Shown: positions 62,901-64,000 of the stretch, piece after piece
Layout: each line of letters starts with the position of its first letter
How positions within the stretch are numbered: the first letter of the stretch is position 1
Source of the DNA: Phoronis australis
Lineage: Eukaryota > Animalia > Phoronida
DNA: 64,000 bases
Assembly: GCA_002633005.1 (NCBI GenBank)
Contig: NMRA01000226.1
Span: 549,004 to 613,003 of the forward strand
Reading direction: 5' to 3'
The notes under the pieces: generated by a model
What the model saw: the letters and a program-made list of their open reading frames with translations, nothing else
Databases searched by the model: none
Told to the model about the DNA's origin: nothing
Translations under genes and position numbers: made by a program

Positions 62901-64000
62901 CGGAATCAAACTTAAGACACAAATTCAATGTAACTTAAGTAATGAACTTGAAAAAGCCTTCACATGGTGTTCTTTGATTTTTAAAAAAATATGAGAAAAT
63001 GAAAGAAAATGACGAAATCAAACTGATACGTTTTCAGTTTAATCAAATAAAAGTGGAATTAAGGTGTAATTGTTAAACGCTTACTGGCGGTTGGTGAGAC
63101 ACAAGTGCTTGTTAGAGGAATCCTGATTATATCAGGGTATCATTACAAACTAATCAACACAGTTTTCTGCATCGGTGCAAACATTTTAATTAAACGTAGC
63201 CTTAATACTGTCCCCTGGCTTAGCAGATCATCCTTATTTTGTTTCATAAAACGGCAAGTGATCACGTTTCCTACATATTACAACTCTAGTGAACATCCTC
63301 CTCAATAACCATGGTAACAGCATAAATTTACTCTCGTTTCGAATGACAAAATTTGGGACTGTTGGTATAAGACAGTTAGTAATAGCTTTTTAGTACCAAG
63401 GTCCAGAGAATATGAACATCAAAACAATTCATAAAACAACTGTTTAGTGAATCATATTTCGTTTAACACTATAGTACTTTACTATCTCCCAAAATAAAGG
63501 TTAAATTTAGAAGATTTTTAAATGAGAGAATAATGCATCTCATAGTTATGTAGCACTTTATAGACATGTCTGTGTTTATTTAGCTAAATATCAACAAAAC
63601 TACTGATTTTAATTCAATAAATTAAATAAATTTATTTTCTGAAATAGAAAGCGTGTAGGATTTGATTTCTAATTTCACACCAATCTCCCCTTAATTACAT
63701 CACATGACCACAACTTGTCAGTAAAATTTAGGTAAAAAGCAACTGTACGTCCATTCCATATACACTGGTAAAGATGAAATCTCAAAAAAAACTTTAAAAT
63801 TTCTACATTATCATTTTGTTTTCATTTAATGTAACGTTTGAGTTTGATCAGAGAAATCACAAAAGTCATACTACGTGGGTTTACCATGAATCCGAAGAGA
63901 AATTTCTGAGATGTGATTTTTTGACGTTTGACAAATTTGGACATTTTCTTAGGGTTCTACATAACCATAAACACCCTCCTCCAGACCTTTAACTGATGCT

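Noticed and set aside
58800-64000. Upstream RNF220 exons or further genes
   Set aside because: No convincing coding exon was recognised; the short ORFs here look like AT-rich intronic or repeat noise.

Overview
AT-rich, intron-containing genomic DNA from an animal, probably a non-vertebrate bilaterian (inference from gene content and repeats); it is not prokaryotic. Five spliced protein-coding genes can be rebuilt by hand from GT-AG exons with consistent phases. (1) The first three exons of UBE3C (minus strand), head-to-head with (2) a complete NFKBIL1 gene (plus strand). (3) A minus-strand gene of about 824 aa: an RGG/Q/H-rich disordered N-terminus, two tandem NADAR (YbiA-like) domains (the first degenerate at conserved motif residues, the second intact, both with identical intron positions) and an acidic repeat tail. 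It is head-to-head with (4) an uncharacterised multi-pass membrane protein with a Cys-rich N-terminal region, which converges on (5) the 3' half of RNF220 (minus strand, interrupted by an assembly gap). Introns carry two copies of a TTAA-flanked Kolobok-like element, a repeat array with periodic CTCF-like motifs, MITEs and a degenerate hammerhead-like motif. The same palindromic element occurs in both divergent-promoter regions. Several single N positions are flanked by near-identical duplications that are probably assembly or haplotype artefacts. All homology calls come from motif recognition; no database search was run.
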